Positions 8,333 to 18,684 of a stretch of 53,301 bases of DNA are shown piece by piece; the first letter of the stretch is position 1, and each line of letters starts with the position of its first letter. The translations under genes were made by a program, and so were the position numbers. The notes beneath the pieces were generated by a model. The model worked only from the letters and a program-made list of their open reading frames with translations, was not told where the DNA came from and searched no databases. This stretch comes from Microcystaceae cyanobacterium. Its GTDB lineage: Bacteria > Cyanobacteriota > Cyanobacteriia > Cyanobacteriales > Microcystaceae. The stretch is taken from the NCBI GenBank assembly GCA_041746575.1, contig JBGTGT010000075.1, positions 1 through 53,301 on the forward strand, written 5' to 3'.

Positions 8333-9475
8333 CTAAGCAACTAAAATAGACTCGCAAAGGTTCTCCTCTAGCGCATACTCTATTTGATCCATCGTTTGAA
8401 TTCCTTGCTGCAAAATGGTCAGTGGGGTTTGTCCCTTCTCATACTGTCGTAACCATTGTTGAGCGGTATTGCCTTCCCGTAAAATCTTTTGTAAAGGAGA
8501 TAAAAAGCAAGCAAAGCCGTTTCTTTTGGCAAATGGTAACACTTCAGCGTAGAGTTCCTCAATCCAGTCTTTTGCTCTGATTCTTCGTCCATCTTGCCAA
8601 TGAATTAACGACGCATCGAGACTATATTGAGCGGTAGCACTTTCGTTTTGGTCGGTGATTTCTAACAATTGGTCATGATTTAACAGACTACTTTGCAAGG
8701 GATCAAGAGATAAATCAGCGATTAACTGAGTTAAACGCGCTTCTAAAAAGGCAACCACCGCTAAAAGAGCAATTGGATCAGCCACAAGGTCGCAAATGCG
8801 TAATTCTAAGCGATTTAGATCATAAGGACGATTATCCCCATTAGGACGAACCGAAGACCACAAATGACGGACATTTTGCATTGTCCCCAAGGCCAGCTGT
8901 TCATTCGTCCAACGAATAAAATGAGCGTGACTTTCAAATAAAGGGACAACGGACGGGGTTTTCGGAAAAACGTGCCATCGGGTTGAATGATATCCGGTCA
9001 CTTCGCCGCCAAAAAAGGGGGAAGAGGCTGTTAGAGCCAGAAATAAAGGGGCTTCTAGGCGAATTAAGCGACACGCTCGCATTAGCGTTTCTGGATCTCG
9101 TAGTCCAATATTAATATGCACACTCGCCGTTACGACCTTTGTGCCGTAGGTCTGCTCAATATAGTGATGGTAAGGATTAAGCGGATCAGAACGATAAAAA
9201 CGGCTAGTATCCCCCAGAGATAAGCTACTGCCCGGAATCAAGGTGTAATCCCCAATTTTACTTAGATATTGCCTTAGCTGTCGTCTGGGGCGTAAAATAG
9301 CGCAGAGAAGGCGATCATAGCAAGAGAGGGGAGCGGTCGTATATTCTACGTTACGACTATCTGGCTCTCGTACAAATCCGGCTAAATCTCGGACAATTTG
9401 GTCAGAGAGTCCAATAATCTCTCCTTGAGGTGTCCCTGTATATATTTCAAGTTCTAAACCTTTACAAAGTAACAC
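8333..9475 (-). CDS. gshA: Glutamate--cysteine ligase, cyanobacterial type
   Basis: KGLELEIYTG, FVREPDSRNVEY, ASVHINIG, VRPNG..PYDLNRLELRICD. Confidence 0.9.
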   Translation of the reverse strand: MLLCKGLELEIYTGTPQGEIIGLSDQIVRDLAGFVREPDSRNVEYTTAPLSCYDRLLCAILRPRRQLRQYLSKIGDYTLIPGSSLSLGDTSRFYRSDPLNPYHHYIEQTYGTKVVTASVHINIGLRDPETLMRACRLIRLEAPLFLALTASSPFFGGEVTGYHSTRWHVFPKTPSVVPLFESHAHFIRWTNEQLALGTMQNVRHLWSSVRPNGDNRPYDLNRLELRICDLVADPIALLAVVAFLEARLTQLIADLSLDPLQSSLLNHDQLLEITDQNESATAQYSLDASLIHWQDGRRIRAKDWIEELYAEVLPFAKRNGFACFLSPLQKILREGNTAQQWLRQYEKGQTPLTILQQGIQTMDQIEYALEENLCESILVA

Positions 9476-9651
9476 CGCAATTCCTCAAGTTCTAAGCCTA
9501 TGAATCCTATAATACCGCATGGCAAGAAAGCTGGCTCGGCGATTCAATAGACCTCTTTTTGGGTGGCAGAAGTCTATGACAAGGCGGAGGCATTCTTGCA
9601 AAAACACCCCCACCCGTGGTAAGGTCATTTTTCAGCAAAAATACTGCCCAA

Positions 9652-9927
9652 TTAAACGGCTTTCTCCAATTGCCAAAGAATTTGATTACCTTCGCGTCTA
9701 ACGCGAGACACAATCCAGTTACGCCAAGACCAATGATCGCCTCGACTGGTGACGGCACTGGCATTAATGTCCATTAAATCAGCCAGTTCTGAACTGGTGA
9801 TCAGATAACCTTTGCTGGCAATTTCCTCAGCAATTCGTAAAGTCTCAATGACATTTTGAAGTTCGATTACACGCTCTTCACGGGAGATTAGGGATTCCTC
9901 CGAGGTATTCACAGTCGATTCTATCAT
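9652..9927 (-). CDS. Conserved cyanobacterial hypothetical protein (possible winged-helix)
   Basis: 91 aa with GYLITSSELADLMDINASAVTSRG..WRNW...REGNQILWQ; protein-like composition and co-directional with neighbours. Confidence 0.75.
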   Translation of the reverse strand: MIESTVNTSEESLISREERVIELQNVIETLRIAEEIASKGYLITSSELADLMDINASAVTSRGDHWSWRNWIVSRVRREGNQILWQLEKAV

Positions 9928-10109
9928 GGTTGTTTTAAGGTCAAAGGGATCAATAAATAAACAATCAGGGACTTTTTCATGTAGGTAGAAATCGAAAAAT
10001 TCTACGCCTATTTTATATTAACGATTTTTGCCTCGAAAAAGAGTCAGTATTGATCTAAATTTAAGATTTCCAGATATAAATCCTGATTCCTTAAAAAGAT
10101 TAGATCCCC

Positions 10110-11369
10110 TTAGCAGACTCGATAACCAATATCCCGGCGATAGGTTTTTCCTGCAAACTGAATACAATTCACCCCTTGATAGACCTTTTCTCTAGCAGAT
10201 TGAAAGGTTTCTCCGATGGCTGTAATGCCCAAGACGCGACCTCCATCGGTGATAAGCTGATGGTTAACCCATTGAGTTCCTGCTTGAAAGACGAAAACGT
10301 CTTGTGCTTCGGCAGTTTCAATCCCTGTAATCACTTTGCCTTTTTCATAAGCTTCTGGGTAACCTTGAGAAGCCGCAACTACACAGATACTACTGCCATT
10401 TTTCCAACGAATAGCTGGTAAAACTCCTAATTTTTGTTCAATACAAGCTAAAATTAATTCTTCTAAGGGGGTTTCTAAGAGAGGCAAAATCGCTTGAATT
10501 TCAGGATCCCCAAAGCGACAATTAAACTCAAGTACTTTAATTTGCTTTTCCGGAGAAATCATCAAGCCGGCGTACAAAACCCCTCGATAATCAATGCCTC
10601 GCTTTTGTAAAGTTGCGAGGGTAGGTTTGAGAACCTTTTCAGTGACTTCAGCCAAAATATCGGGACTAGCCACAGGTGCGGGCGCATAAGCCCCCATTCC
10701 TCCCGTATTTGAGCCTGTATCCCCTTCCCCAATGCGTTTATGGTCTTGAGCCGGTAAGAGAGAACAGACAGTCAAACCATCGCATAAGGCTAACACCGAG
10801 GCCTCTTCTCCTGCCAGATAATCTTCAATCACCAAGGGTGTAAATCCTTTGGCGATTAAATCATCCACTGCTTGATAGGCTTCTTCAAGGGTTTGGGCAA
10901 CAATCACCCCTTTACCGGCCGCTAATTGGTCGGCTTTGATGACAATCGGTGCGCCTCGTTCCGCAATATAGGTTTTTGCCGCCGTTGTCTCCCTAAAGGT
11001 TTGGGATACTGCGGTAGGAACGCCCGCTTCTAGCATTAATTCTTTTGCCCATGCCTTACTGGCTTCAATTTGCGCGCCCGCTTGGGTGGGGCCAAAGACC
11101 TTAACGTGGTGCTGTTGTAAATAGTCAGTAATTCCTAGCGAAAGGGGATATTCGGGACCAATTACCACGAAATCCACTCGATTATCTTGAACCGCCTTTA
11201 AAATTCCGGCAAAATCATCTATAGGAATGTCCAGATTCTGGCATCCTTGCAACGTTGCTGTTCCTCCATTACCGGGGGTGCAAATGCACGTTTCAATCTG
11301 GGGAGATTGCAAGAGTTTCCAAGCAATGGCGTGTTCTCTTCCCCCATTACCAACAACTAATCCTTTCAT
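10110..11369 (-). CDS. purD: Phosphoribosylamine--glycine ligase
   Basis: VVGNGGREHA, PGNGG, QDHKRIGEGDTGSNTGGMGAY, EFNCRFGDPE, GGRVL. Confidence 0.97.
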   Translation of the reverse strand: MKGLVVGNGGREHAIAWKLLQSPQIETCICTPGNGGTATLQGCQNLDIPIDDFAGILKAVQDNRVDFVVIGPEYPLSLGITDYLQQHHVKVFGPTQAGAQIEASKAWAKELMLEAGVPTAVSQTFRETTAAKTYIAERGAPIVIKADQLAAGKGVIVAQTLEEAYQAVDDLIAKGFTPLVIEDYLAGEEASVLALCDGLTVCSLLPAQDHKRIGEGDTGSNTGGMGAYAPAPVASPDILAEVTEKVLKPTLATLQKRGIDYRGVLYAGLMISPEKQIKVLEFNCRFGDPEIQAILPLLETPLEELILACIEQKLGVLPAIRWKNGSSICVVAASQGYPEAYEKGKVITGIETAEAQDVFVFQAGTQWVNHQLITDGGRVLGITAIGETFQSAREKVYQGVNCIQFAGKTYRRDIGYRVC

Positions 11370-11376
11370 TCTTTTC

Positions 11377-12240
11377 CTAAGCGTTTTTGTCTAATTCTGC
11401 TAAAATTTCACGTGACATTTCACACAACGTACGGTGACATTGACCGTTACTGGCCATATAGCCCCCCCATTTTTTGACATCCCCTTGATTGTAAAAAACA
11501 GATTCTTCATCGAAAAGAGTAAATTTGCCTCCTGCTTCGGTCAAAATTAGCTCAGGTGCCGCAAAATCCCAATCTTTGGGCGCAGATTTGCCGGAGAGAG
11601 AGATATAAATATCCGATTGTTGTTCTAGGATATGGGCAATTTTACAACCCACACTTCCCACATAGTTACGGCCTTTCAGGGGTAAACGGTCAATTAAATC
11701 CTGAAACCGTTGATCGCGGTGTGTCCGACTGACGACGAGGGATAAATCTTCGGGTTTGTTGCGTTCTGATACCTTAATTGGCGTAATTTGACCATCTGGA
11801 GTTTCACAATACGTTCCTTCTCCTTTGGTAGCAAAATAGAGCTTTTCTAATTCAGGGAGGACAACAACGGACAAAATAGGTCTTTTTTCTTGAATTAAGG
11901 CAATATGAATTGCATATTCGCCTGTTTTGTCAATAAAATCTCTTGTCCCATCTAAAGGGTCAATAATCCATACCCAAGGTTGAGGTAAGGGTTCAGTTCC
12001 TTTATACGTTTCTTCAGTTAAATAGCCAAACGCTTCTGAATCAAAGGCATTTTGCAGCTTTTCAAGGATATAATGATTAGTGGCAAGGTCTGCGTTGGTC
12101 ACCGGCCCTTCTTTCTTGTCTTCGTTAATATTAAGGTCGCCTTTGCCTCGATAATAAGATCGCAAAATTTGCGCCGCTCCCCATCCGACTGAACGGGTTA
12201 CAGTTAAGATATCAGTTAAGTTTTCGGGTAATGTGGCCAC
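11377..12240 (-). CDS. cysQ: 3'(2'),5'-bisphosphate nucleotidase CysQ / inositol monophosphatase family
   Basis: PVTNAD, WIIDPLDGTRDF and PKDWDFAA metal-binding motifs. Confidence 0.85.
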   Translation of the reverse strand: MATLPENLTDILTVTRSVGWGAAQILRSYYRGKGDLNINEDKKEGPVTNADLATNHYILEKLQNAFDSEAFGYLTEETYKGTEPLPQPWVWIIDPLDGTRDFIDKTGEYAIHIALIQEKRPILSVVVLPELEKLYFATKGEGTYCETPDGQITPIKVSERNKPEDLSLVVSRTHRDQRFQDLIDRLPLKGRNYVGSVGCKIAHILEQQSDIYISLSGKSAPKDWDFAAPELILTEAGGKFTLFDEESVFYNQGDVKKWGGYMASNGQCHRTLCEMSREILAELDKNA

Positions 12241-12327
12241 CGAGGCTACTCCTTACTACAAATAATCCTATATAGCATGGCATTTCCCTTCCTTTTGGTC
12301 AAGGGATAGATAGGGAATTTTGTTATT

Positions 12328-12663
12328 TTAAGAGTCAGCTAAAAACTGCTCCAAATCTTCAATTAAACGCATTAATTCGGCTTCGGATGTTAAGCGAATT
12401 CGTTCATCTCTAAGGGTCAATAATACCTTCGCCGCAAAAGGACTAGGGTAGATATTAGGATTACAAAATACCTCTAAGAAAACCTCCCCAACATGACGAT
12501 ATTCCATAGAAGATTGGGGCATTGGCCGTCCTCCTGAGGTTGAAGCAATTACTTTGAGTCGTTGCATCAGTTGATTAATCTCACTTTTGAGCGTTTCGGC
12601 GGCTTCAACAGTAAAATTAAAGGAAACTGAACCTTGAATCAGATTAAGCGTAAATTGAGCCAT
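12328..12663 (-). CDS. Conserved cyanobacterial hypothetical protein
   Basis: 111 aa with GSVSF...EVFCNPNIYPSPFAAKVLLTLRDERIRL, in the same run of minus-strand genes. Confidence 0.75.
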   Translation of the reverse strand: MAQFTLNLIQGSVSFNFTVEAAETLKSEINQLMQRLKVIASTSGGRPMPQSSMEYRHVGEVFLEVFCNPNIYPSPFAAKVLLTLRDERIRLTSEAELMRLIEDLEQFLADS

Positions 12664-12779
12664 AATTAATCATGAATAATTGATAATAAACTAAAATAAA
12701 ATTAATCAATTTAAAATGACAAAGACAGGGATCAGAGATAAGGATTGTGATGTCTTCCCTCCCTGATCCCCATTCAATA

Positions 12780-13979
12780 TTATTTGGTCTTATCCGCCCA
12801 AACTCGCGTTGGCAGTCCCCAAATATAAATAAATCCTTCCGCCGCTTTATGATCAAATTGATCATCAGAGCCATAAGTTGCCAAATCAAAGCTATACAAA
12901 GTATTTTCGGACTTACGACCAACAATTTGAGCCATTCCCTTAAATAATTTCACTCTGACTGTCCCCGTCACTCGTTCTTGGGTTTTTTGAATAAAAGCAT
13001 CTAACGCACCTTTGAGGGGACTATACCACAAGCCATTGTAAACCAGTTGGCTGTAAGTTTCTTCAATCCCCCGTTTGTAACGGGTGACATCGGCGGTTAA
13101 GGTCAAGCTTTCGAGATCCCGATGGGCTTGAATCAGGACAATCATCGCCGGAGATTCGTAAATTTCTCGTGATTTAATGCCAATTAAGCGGTTTTCAATC
13201 ATGTCAATGCGACCAACGCCATGATTTCCTGTGATTTCGTTTAATTGGGTAATGAGGGCAACTCCGCCCATATCTTGTCCATTTAAAGCCACAGGAATGC
13301 CCTTTTCAAAGCGAATTTCTACATATTCTGGCTCATTGGGGGTATCTGCAATGGCTTTGGTCATGCCATATACTTCTTCGGGGGGTTCAACCCACGGATC
13401 TTCTAATTCTCCAGCTTCAATAGCCATGCCTAAGAGATTGCGATCAATACTGTAGGGGGACGATTTCTTTACAGGAGCGGGAATGCCGTATTTTTCGCCG
13501 TAAGCGATGGTTTCTTCCCGACTCATCCCCCATTCTCTGGCGGGTGCTAGAATCGTTAAATTGGGGTTTAAAGACGCAATGGCCACATCAAAACGAACCT
13601 GATCGTTTCCCTTGCCTGTACAACCGTGGGCGATCGCATCAGCTCCATAAGTATCGGCCGCTTCCACTAGAGCTTTAGCAATGAGGGGACGGGCTAGAGC
13701 GGTGGCTAAGGGATAGCGATTCTCGTAGAGGGCATTGGCTTGAATGGCAGGAAAGGCGTACTCTGCAATAAATTCTTCGACAACATCAGCCACTAAAGAC
13801 TCTTTTGCCCCAGAATTAAGAGCTTTTTTGCGGACAGGATCTAATTCTTCCCCTTGTCCTAAGTCGGCGGCGAGGGTAATGACTTCTTCAATGCCCCATT
13901 CGTGTTTAAGGTAGGGGATACAAACGGAGGTATCTACTCCCCCAGAATAGGCTAAGACGACTCGATTAGCGCGACCCAT
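12780..13979 (-). CDS. argG: Argininosuccinate synthase
   Basis: [46 protein letters not shown]. Confidence 0.98.
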   Translation of the reverse strand: MGRANRVVLAYSGGVDTSVCIPYLKHEWGIEEVITLAADLGQGEELDPVRKKALNSGAKESLVADVVEEFIAEYAFPAIQANALYENRYPLATALARPLIAKALVEAADTYGADAIAHGCTGKGNDQVRFDVAIASLNPNLTILAPAREWGMSREETIAYGEKYGIPAPVKKSSPYSIDRNLLGMAIEAGELEDPWVEPPEEVYGMTKAIADTPNEPEYVEIRFEKGIPVALNGQDMGGVALITQLNEITGNHGVGRIDMIENRLIGIKSREIYESPAMIVLIQAHRDLESLTLTADVTRYKRGIEETYSQLVYNGLWYSPLKGALDAFIQKTQERVTGTVRVKLFKGMAQIVGRKSENTLYSFDLATYGSDDQFDHKAAEGFIYIWGLPTRVWADKTK

Positions 13980-14140
13980 AGATTTTTTATCTCGACAAAA
14001 TGACTAGTATGCCATTTTACTTCAATTCGGGGTTTGGTTTCTTTAATGGCGTCAGGATTACCTTACAATTGAATTTATTTTATAATAATATCTAACATAA
14101 AACGATTCTTAGCTCATCTACTCTCAATTATTTTCTAATT

Positions 14141-14393
14141 AACGTGAGTTCGACGAGGGCAATTATCGCAATCCTTTTGTCCATTCTCATTGGGATTAGG
14201 AAAAGAAAAACAAATTCTTGATTAGGAGACTAGTCTCCCAGAACCCCCAACGGGTGAGGCACTCCGTCCCCCGCGCTCCCTGCACAAAAAAAATTAGATA
14301 AATTAGATAAAGAAGTCTCGTAGATTTTCTAATTGTCGAACTCACGTTTGACAGCTTATCTTTTGACTACTTTTCCACCACCGAACTCACGTT
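14141..14393. mobile_element. MITE (copy 1) with AACGTGAGTTCG terminal inverted repeats and an extra right end
   Basis: Left IR at 14141; right IRs CGAACTCACGTT ending at 14348 and 14393; AATT on both outer flanks. Near-identical inverted copy at 37085-37247; no coding capacity. Confidence 0.8.
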
Positions 14394-14883
14394 AATTAGA
14401 TGACATAAACTTTCCTTGATTTCAGGATAACGAGGAATTGGGGATTGTTTTCCGTTTCTAGAATTAATATAAATGTCATGCTTTTTCCCGTGACGCTTTA
14501 GATAAAATCCATTTTTAACTAATTTCTCGCATTAAATTACCCCTTTTTCACGCCTCATCTACCGTGATTTCTTTGGTTTGGCTATTAGGAATATTTTCCT
14601 GATTTTCTATTATAATCATCTGATAGGCATCTTGAATATTTTCCTTAAGTTTTTTTAAGGTTTCTTCTTGACTAAAAATACTCGATATCTCTTTTACTTT
14701 ACCGATATACCAACTATCATCAATCTAGTATTCTAGGATAAAATTATGTTTCATAATTATAATGATTGATCTCAATATTTTATTTATAACATAAAGACCG
14801 AGACTTGACGTTAGTAATTAAAATTACAATTAAGAAATAATCTATTGAATCTAAAGTAATCAATAATTTTTCTATATTGAAGA

Positions 14884-16230
14884 TCAACTAAAATATTGTG
14901 GACGGTTGGCGCGAATGGCAAATTGATTGAGATAAGCGACGGGTTGAGAGGGATCAAAGGCGCGTTGATCCACAAAAAGATTGGAAGATTCCACCTTATT
15001 GCGATCGCTTGGTAAGCTAATATTTAACGCTTTGGCAACGTCTTCATAGACTTTAATCGGATAAGTCTTATCAATGAGAGAATCGGCGTTTTTAGGATAA
15101 CTTTTCAACCCTTGATCTTGCCAGCGTACCATCTGAGTAAGTAACCAAATGGTATGAGATCGCCAAGGATAATTAGCATGGTTGGGTTCTTTCAAGTAAT
15201 TAGTGTCTTGGTAATGATAAAGCGTAAAATCGGGTATTGATTGAGTTTTATGCCATTCTTCTAGGTTTTGATAAGGATATTGCCCCGTGACGAACGGATC
15301 GAGTAAAGTGGGATCAACGTTCAAATAATTTTTTTGGGCAACGATAGGTGCAATTTCTGGGCGTTTTTCTAAATTATCAGCATATTGACACCCTTCTAAG
15401 ACGGATGCCACCAAAGCACGGGCAGTGGCAGGATGTTTCTCCACCCAAGGGGACATTGTTGCTAAGATCGTCCCCGGATGACCTTGCCAAATGTCTCGAT
15501 GGGTATAAGGGATAAATCCGGCTTTTTGCTGAATGGCTTGATGATTCCACGGATCAGAACTGGCATAACCGTCAATAATACCGGCTTGTAGCTTATAAAT
15601 CATTTGTTGGGGCGGAAAGGTCACCCATTCTACTGCTTTTTTCGTCTCAATTCCCATTGCGCCTAACCAATAACGGGTTAAATAATTCTCTAGGCTATAA
15701 GGGTTAGGGGTGGCGATTTTAATTCCTTTATCTGATGTTCTGACATATTTGCGGAAACTATGGGCAAATTCTCCAAAATCCACAAAATCAGTATAAGGAC
15801 GAATGCCCTCTTTCCATGCTTTAGGCGTGAGCGCGATCGCACTTCCATTGAGATTAAGCATCATTAGGGAGATGATGGGGGCATAGTTAGAACTTAATTG
15901 GGCGGTTAAGGGCAAGGAAAATAGGCTATGAGCCGCATCAAATTGCCATTTCCGAAGATTTTGCTCAATTTCTCCCCAATTATTCAAGCGAACCAGTTTA
16001 ACGGTTAAGCCGTACTGTTCAAAAAAGCCCTGTTCTTGGGCAATTATTAAAGGAATGGCGGTGTTATCAGCAACATAACCAATGGTTAGATTCTTTTTCT
16101 CGATTTCGCCAAATTTTTTATCTTTCCCAAGATTTAATTGAGGAAGGGAGAAATTCCCCTTTTGGCAAGCGGCAAGTCCAAAACCCGCTAACCCGAGTCC
16201 CCCGTATTGAAGCAACTGACGACGTTTCAT
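14884..16230 (-). CDS. CmpA/NrtA-family ABC transporter substrate-binding lipoprotein (orphan)
   Basis: Tat/lipoprotein signal MKRRQLLQ...LAAC; PLIIAQEQGFF..YGL; LNGSAI; DIWQGHPG; ANYPWRSH.WLLTQMVRW; FDPSQP..YL. Confidence 0.88.
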   Translation of the reverse strand: MKRRQLLQYGGLGLAGFGLAACQKGNFSLPQLNLGKDKKFGEIEKKNLTIGYVADNTAIPLIIAQEQGFFEQYGLTVKLVRLNNWGEIEQNLRKWQFDAAHSLFSLPLTAQLSSNYAPIISLMMLNLNGSAIALTPKAWKEGIRPYTDFVDFGEFAHSFRKYVRTSDKGIKIATPNPYSLENYLTRYWLGAMGIETKKAVEWVTFPPQQMIYKLQAGIIDGYASSDPWNHQAIQQKAGFIPYTHRDIWQGHPGTILATMSPWVEKHPATARALVASVLEGCQYADNLEKRPEIAPIVAQKNYLNVDPTLLDPFVTGQYPYQNLEEWHKTQSIPDFTLYHYQDTNYLKEPNHANYPWRSHTIWLLTQMVRWQDQGLKSYPKNADSLIDKTYPIKVYEDVAKALNISLPSDRNKVESSNLFVDQRAFDPSQPVAYLNQFAIRANRPQYFS

Positions 16231-16425
16231 GATTAAATCGAAATACCCATCACTACGCTTTAAAGGTTATACTTTAAACCAAATTTGTCTGCTTTGGTGA
16301 TTTATTTTGGACACTCAAGGATTTTTTAAATTTGTAAGGCGGATAAGGGCTTGATCGAAAAAGAGATTGAATCGTATTATTTATATAGTTAGCGATTTAT
16401 ATCGCTTTCGGTCGGGGATAACGAT

Positions 16426-16695
16426 TTACTGAAACGTTTGTTGATACATTTTATGCAAAGATTGGTAATCCTGCAATAATCCTAAACTCCGTAAATGTCT
16501 CAAGCGTTTTTCGACTAAGAGTCTGACATCTGAGCGACTAACGGGATCAAAAGTGGTCTGCTCAGGGGTCGTCTTAACCAAGAAAAATAACCGTTGAGCG
16601 TACAAGGTTGTAAAAATTTCTTGATTTTCATCTACGACACACACCCGATACAGTAATCCAAAGGTGGGATGGTTCAGATAAATTTCGCTACTCAT
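16426..16695 (-). CDS. pipX: PII-interacting protein X, NtcA co-activator
   Basis: EIYLNHPTFGLLYRVC...FTTLYAQRLFFLV signature; 89 aa. Confidence 0.95.
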   Translation of the reverse strand: MSSEIYLNHPTFGLLYRVCVVDENQEIFTTLYAQRLFFLVKTTPEQTTFDPVSRSDVRLLVEKRLRHLRSLGLLQDYQSLHKMYQQTFQ

Positions 16696-17122
16696 TAAGC
16701 TTTATTTAAATGCTTTGTGATTAAAAACGGATAAGCCTTAAACCTTTTGTAACATCTCCTTTGACTATCTTATACGTTCTTGGACGCAAACGGCTCCTAG
16801 AAAAAGGGTTTATTTCTCAGAAATTTTGGGGATGTCCGTCGCTACCTTCTTAAATAGGGCGATAGTTTGGGGTTTCATCACTGTCGGGTTTAAGTCAAGG
16901 TTTCTTTAAAATTGTTGGGATGTTTTTTTGTCATCGAAATTCGGAAATCTCCCCTTTTTGAACTCACTGATATTTTTGAATTTCATTTAAGATGTTCAGT
17001 GTCGGACATTTTTAACTTCTTGGGTCAAATTTGGTCAAGCCTGATAAGATGGGGTTAAGAGAATGTTAACATTTCTTAACGACCATTTATTGACCCTAGC
17101 CCTACTCCCAACCCACTCAATC

Positions 17123-18604
17123 ATGATTGCCTACGATTCTCCCCCTGAACGACAGTCTTCCTTTGACCGTTCCATTGATAAACCTGAAGAAGCTTGTGGT
17201 GTTTTTGGTCTTTACGCACCTCACGAAGATGTGGCTAAATTAACCTACTTTGGCTTGTATGCGCTACAACATCGGGGTCAAGAATCAGCCGGAATTGCCG
17301 TTTTTGATGGACAAAACGTGAATTGTCATAAAGATATGGGACTGGTCTCTCAAGTCTTTAAAGAATCCATTCTCGAGAGCTTAACAGGACAAATAGCCGT
17401 AGGACATACCCGTTATTCGACCACAGGATCAAGCCATAGAGCCAATGCCCAACCTGCGTTACAAAATACTCGCTTGGGTACGTTAGCCCTTGCCCATAAC
17501 GGTAATTTAGTCAATACTATGGATTTACGCCAAATTTTAGAGGAAAGGGGCTGTGATTTTGTTACTACCACTGACTCAGAAATGATTGCGGTAGCCATTG
17601 CTCAAGAAGTAAATCAGGGTAAATCTTGGCTAGAAGGGGCAGTGAGTGCCTTTAATTTATGTTTGGGAGCTTATAGCTTAGTCATTGGCACACCAGATGG
17701 TTTAATGGGGGTCAGAGATCCCCAAGGCATTCGGCCTCTCGTGATTGGTACTCTAGAAGGAGCGGAAGGGAAGGCTCTACGTTATGTGTTAGCGTCAGAA
17801 ACCTGCGGCTTGGATATTATTGGGGCAACCTATTTACGGGATGTGCAACCAGGGGAATTGGTTTGGATTACAGAAGACGGCTTACAATCCCTCACTTGGT
17901 CGTCTCAAGCACAGCGCAAACTTTGTATTTTTGAGATGATTTATTTTGCCCGTCCTGATAGCGTCATGCACAATGAAACGCTTTATACGTATCGCTTGCG
18001 TTTAGGGCAGCAATTAGCCAAAGAGTCGGCAGTGGATGCAGATTTAGTGATGGGGGTTCCTGATTCGGGCATTCCAGCCGCCATCGGTTTTTCGCAAATG
18101 TCGGGTGTTCCCTATGGCGAAGGATTAATTAAAAATCGTTATGTGGGACGAACTTTTATTCAACCGACGCAACACATGAGGGAATCGGGCATCAAAATGA
18201 AGCTGAATCCGTTAAAGGATGTTTTGGCCAATAAACGAGTGATTATGGTCGATGATTCCATTGTACGGGGAACAACAAGTCGTAAAATCGTCAAAGCGTT
18301 GAGGGATGCGGGGGCAAAAGAAGTTCACATGAGAATTTCTTCCCCTCCTGTTACTCATCCTTGTTTTTATGGGATTGATACTGATAATCAAGACCAATTA
18401 ATCGCCGCCACCACATCTGTTGCAGAAATTCAAGAAAAAATTGGGGTTGATAGCCTTGCTTATCTAAGTTGGCAGGGAATGTTAACGGCAACAGGACAAG
18501 ATACAAATAGCTTTTGCTCGGCCTGTTTTACGGGAGATTATCCCACTGCAATTCCCGATAAACTCCGTCGTTCTAAACTGATGTTAGAAAAGATGTCGGT
18601 TTAA
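17123..18604 (+). CDS. purF: Amidophosphoribosyltransferase
   Basis: DKPEEACGVFG (catalytic Cys), LQHRGQESAG, VDDSIVRGTT, PCFYGID, FCSACF. Start set at ATG17123; the ORF extends to 17063. Confidence 0.97.
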   Translation: MIAYDSPPERQSSFDRSIDKPEEACGVFGLYAPHEDVAKLTYFGLYALQHRGQESAGIAVFDGQNVNCHKDMGLVSQVFKESILESLTGQIAVGHTRYSTTGSSHRANAQPALQNTRLGTLALAHNGNLVNTMDLRQILEERGCDFVTTTDSEMIAVAIAQEVNQGKSWLEGAVSAFNLCLGAYSLVIGTPDGLMGVRDPQGIRPLVIGTLEGAEGKALRYVLASETCGLDIIGATYLRDVQPGELVWITEDGLQSLTWSSQAQRKLCIFEMIYFARPDSVMHNETLYTYRLRLGQQLAKESAVDADLVMGVPDSGIPAAIGFSQMSGVPYGEGLIKNRYVGRTFIQPTQHMRESGIKMKLNPLKDVLANKRVIMVDDSIVRGTTSRKIVKALRDAGAKEVHMRISSPPVTHPCFYGIDTDNQDQLIAATTSVAEIQEKIGVDSLAYLSWQGMLTATGQDTNSFCSACFTGDYPTAIPDKLRRSKLMLEKMSV

Positions 18605-18621
18605 CGCGGTTAACTGTTGGG

Positions 18622-18648
18622 GTAGAGACGTTACCTGAAACGCCTCTA
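18622..18648. repeat. GTAG-type REP-like hairpin between convergent genes (possible terminator)
   Basis: GTAGAGACGTT-ACCTGA-AACGCCTCTA imperfect palindrome. Confidence 0.5.
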
Positions 18649-18684
18649 GCAGAGCATTGGGTAATGGTCTACAATTATTTGATG

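Noticed and set aside
14400..14880. Long AT-rich intergenic stretch as a hidden gene or ncRNA
   Set aside because: No ORF of 60 aa or more, and no convincing repeat or stable structure recognised.
16230..16860. NtcA boxes upstream of pipX and the binding protein (also checked upstream of uraH)
   Set aside because: No GTA-N8-TAC match found by eye.
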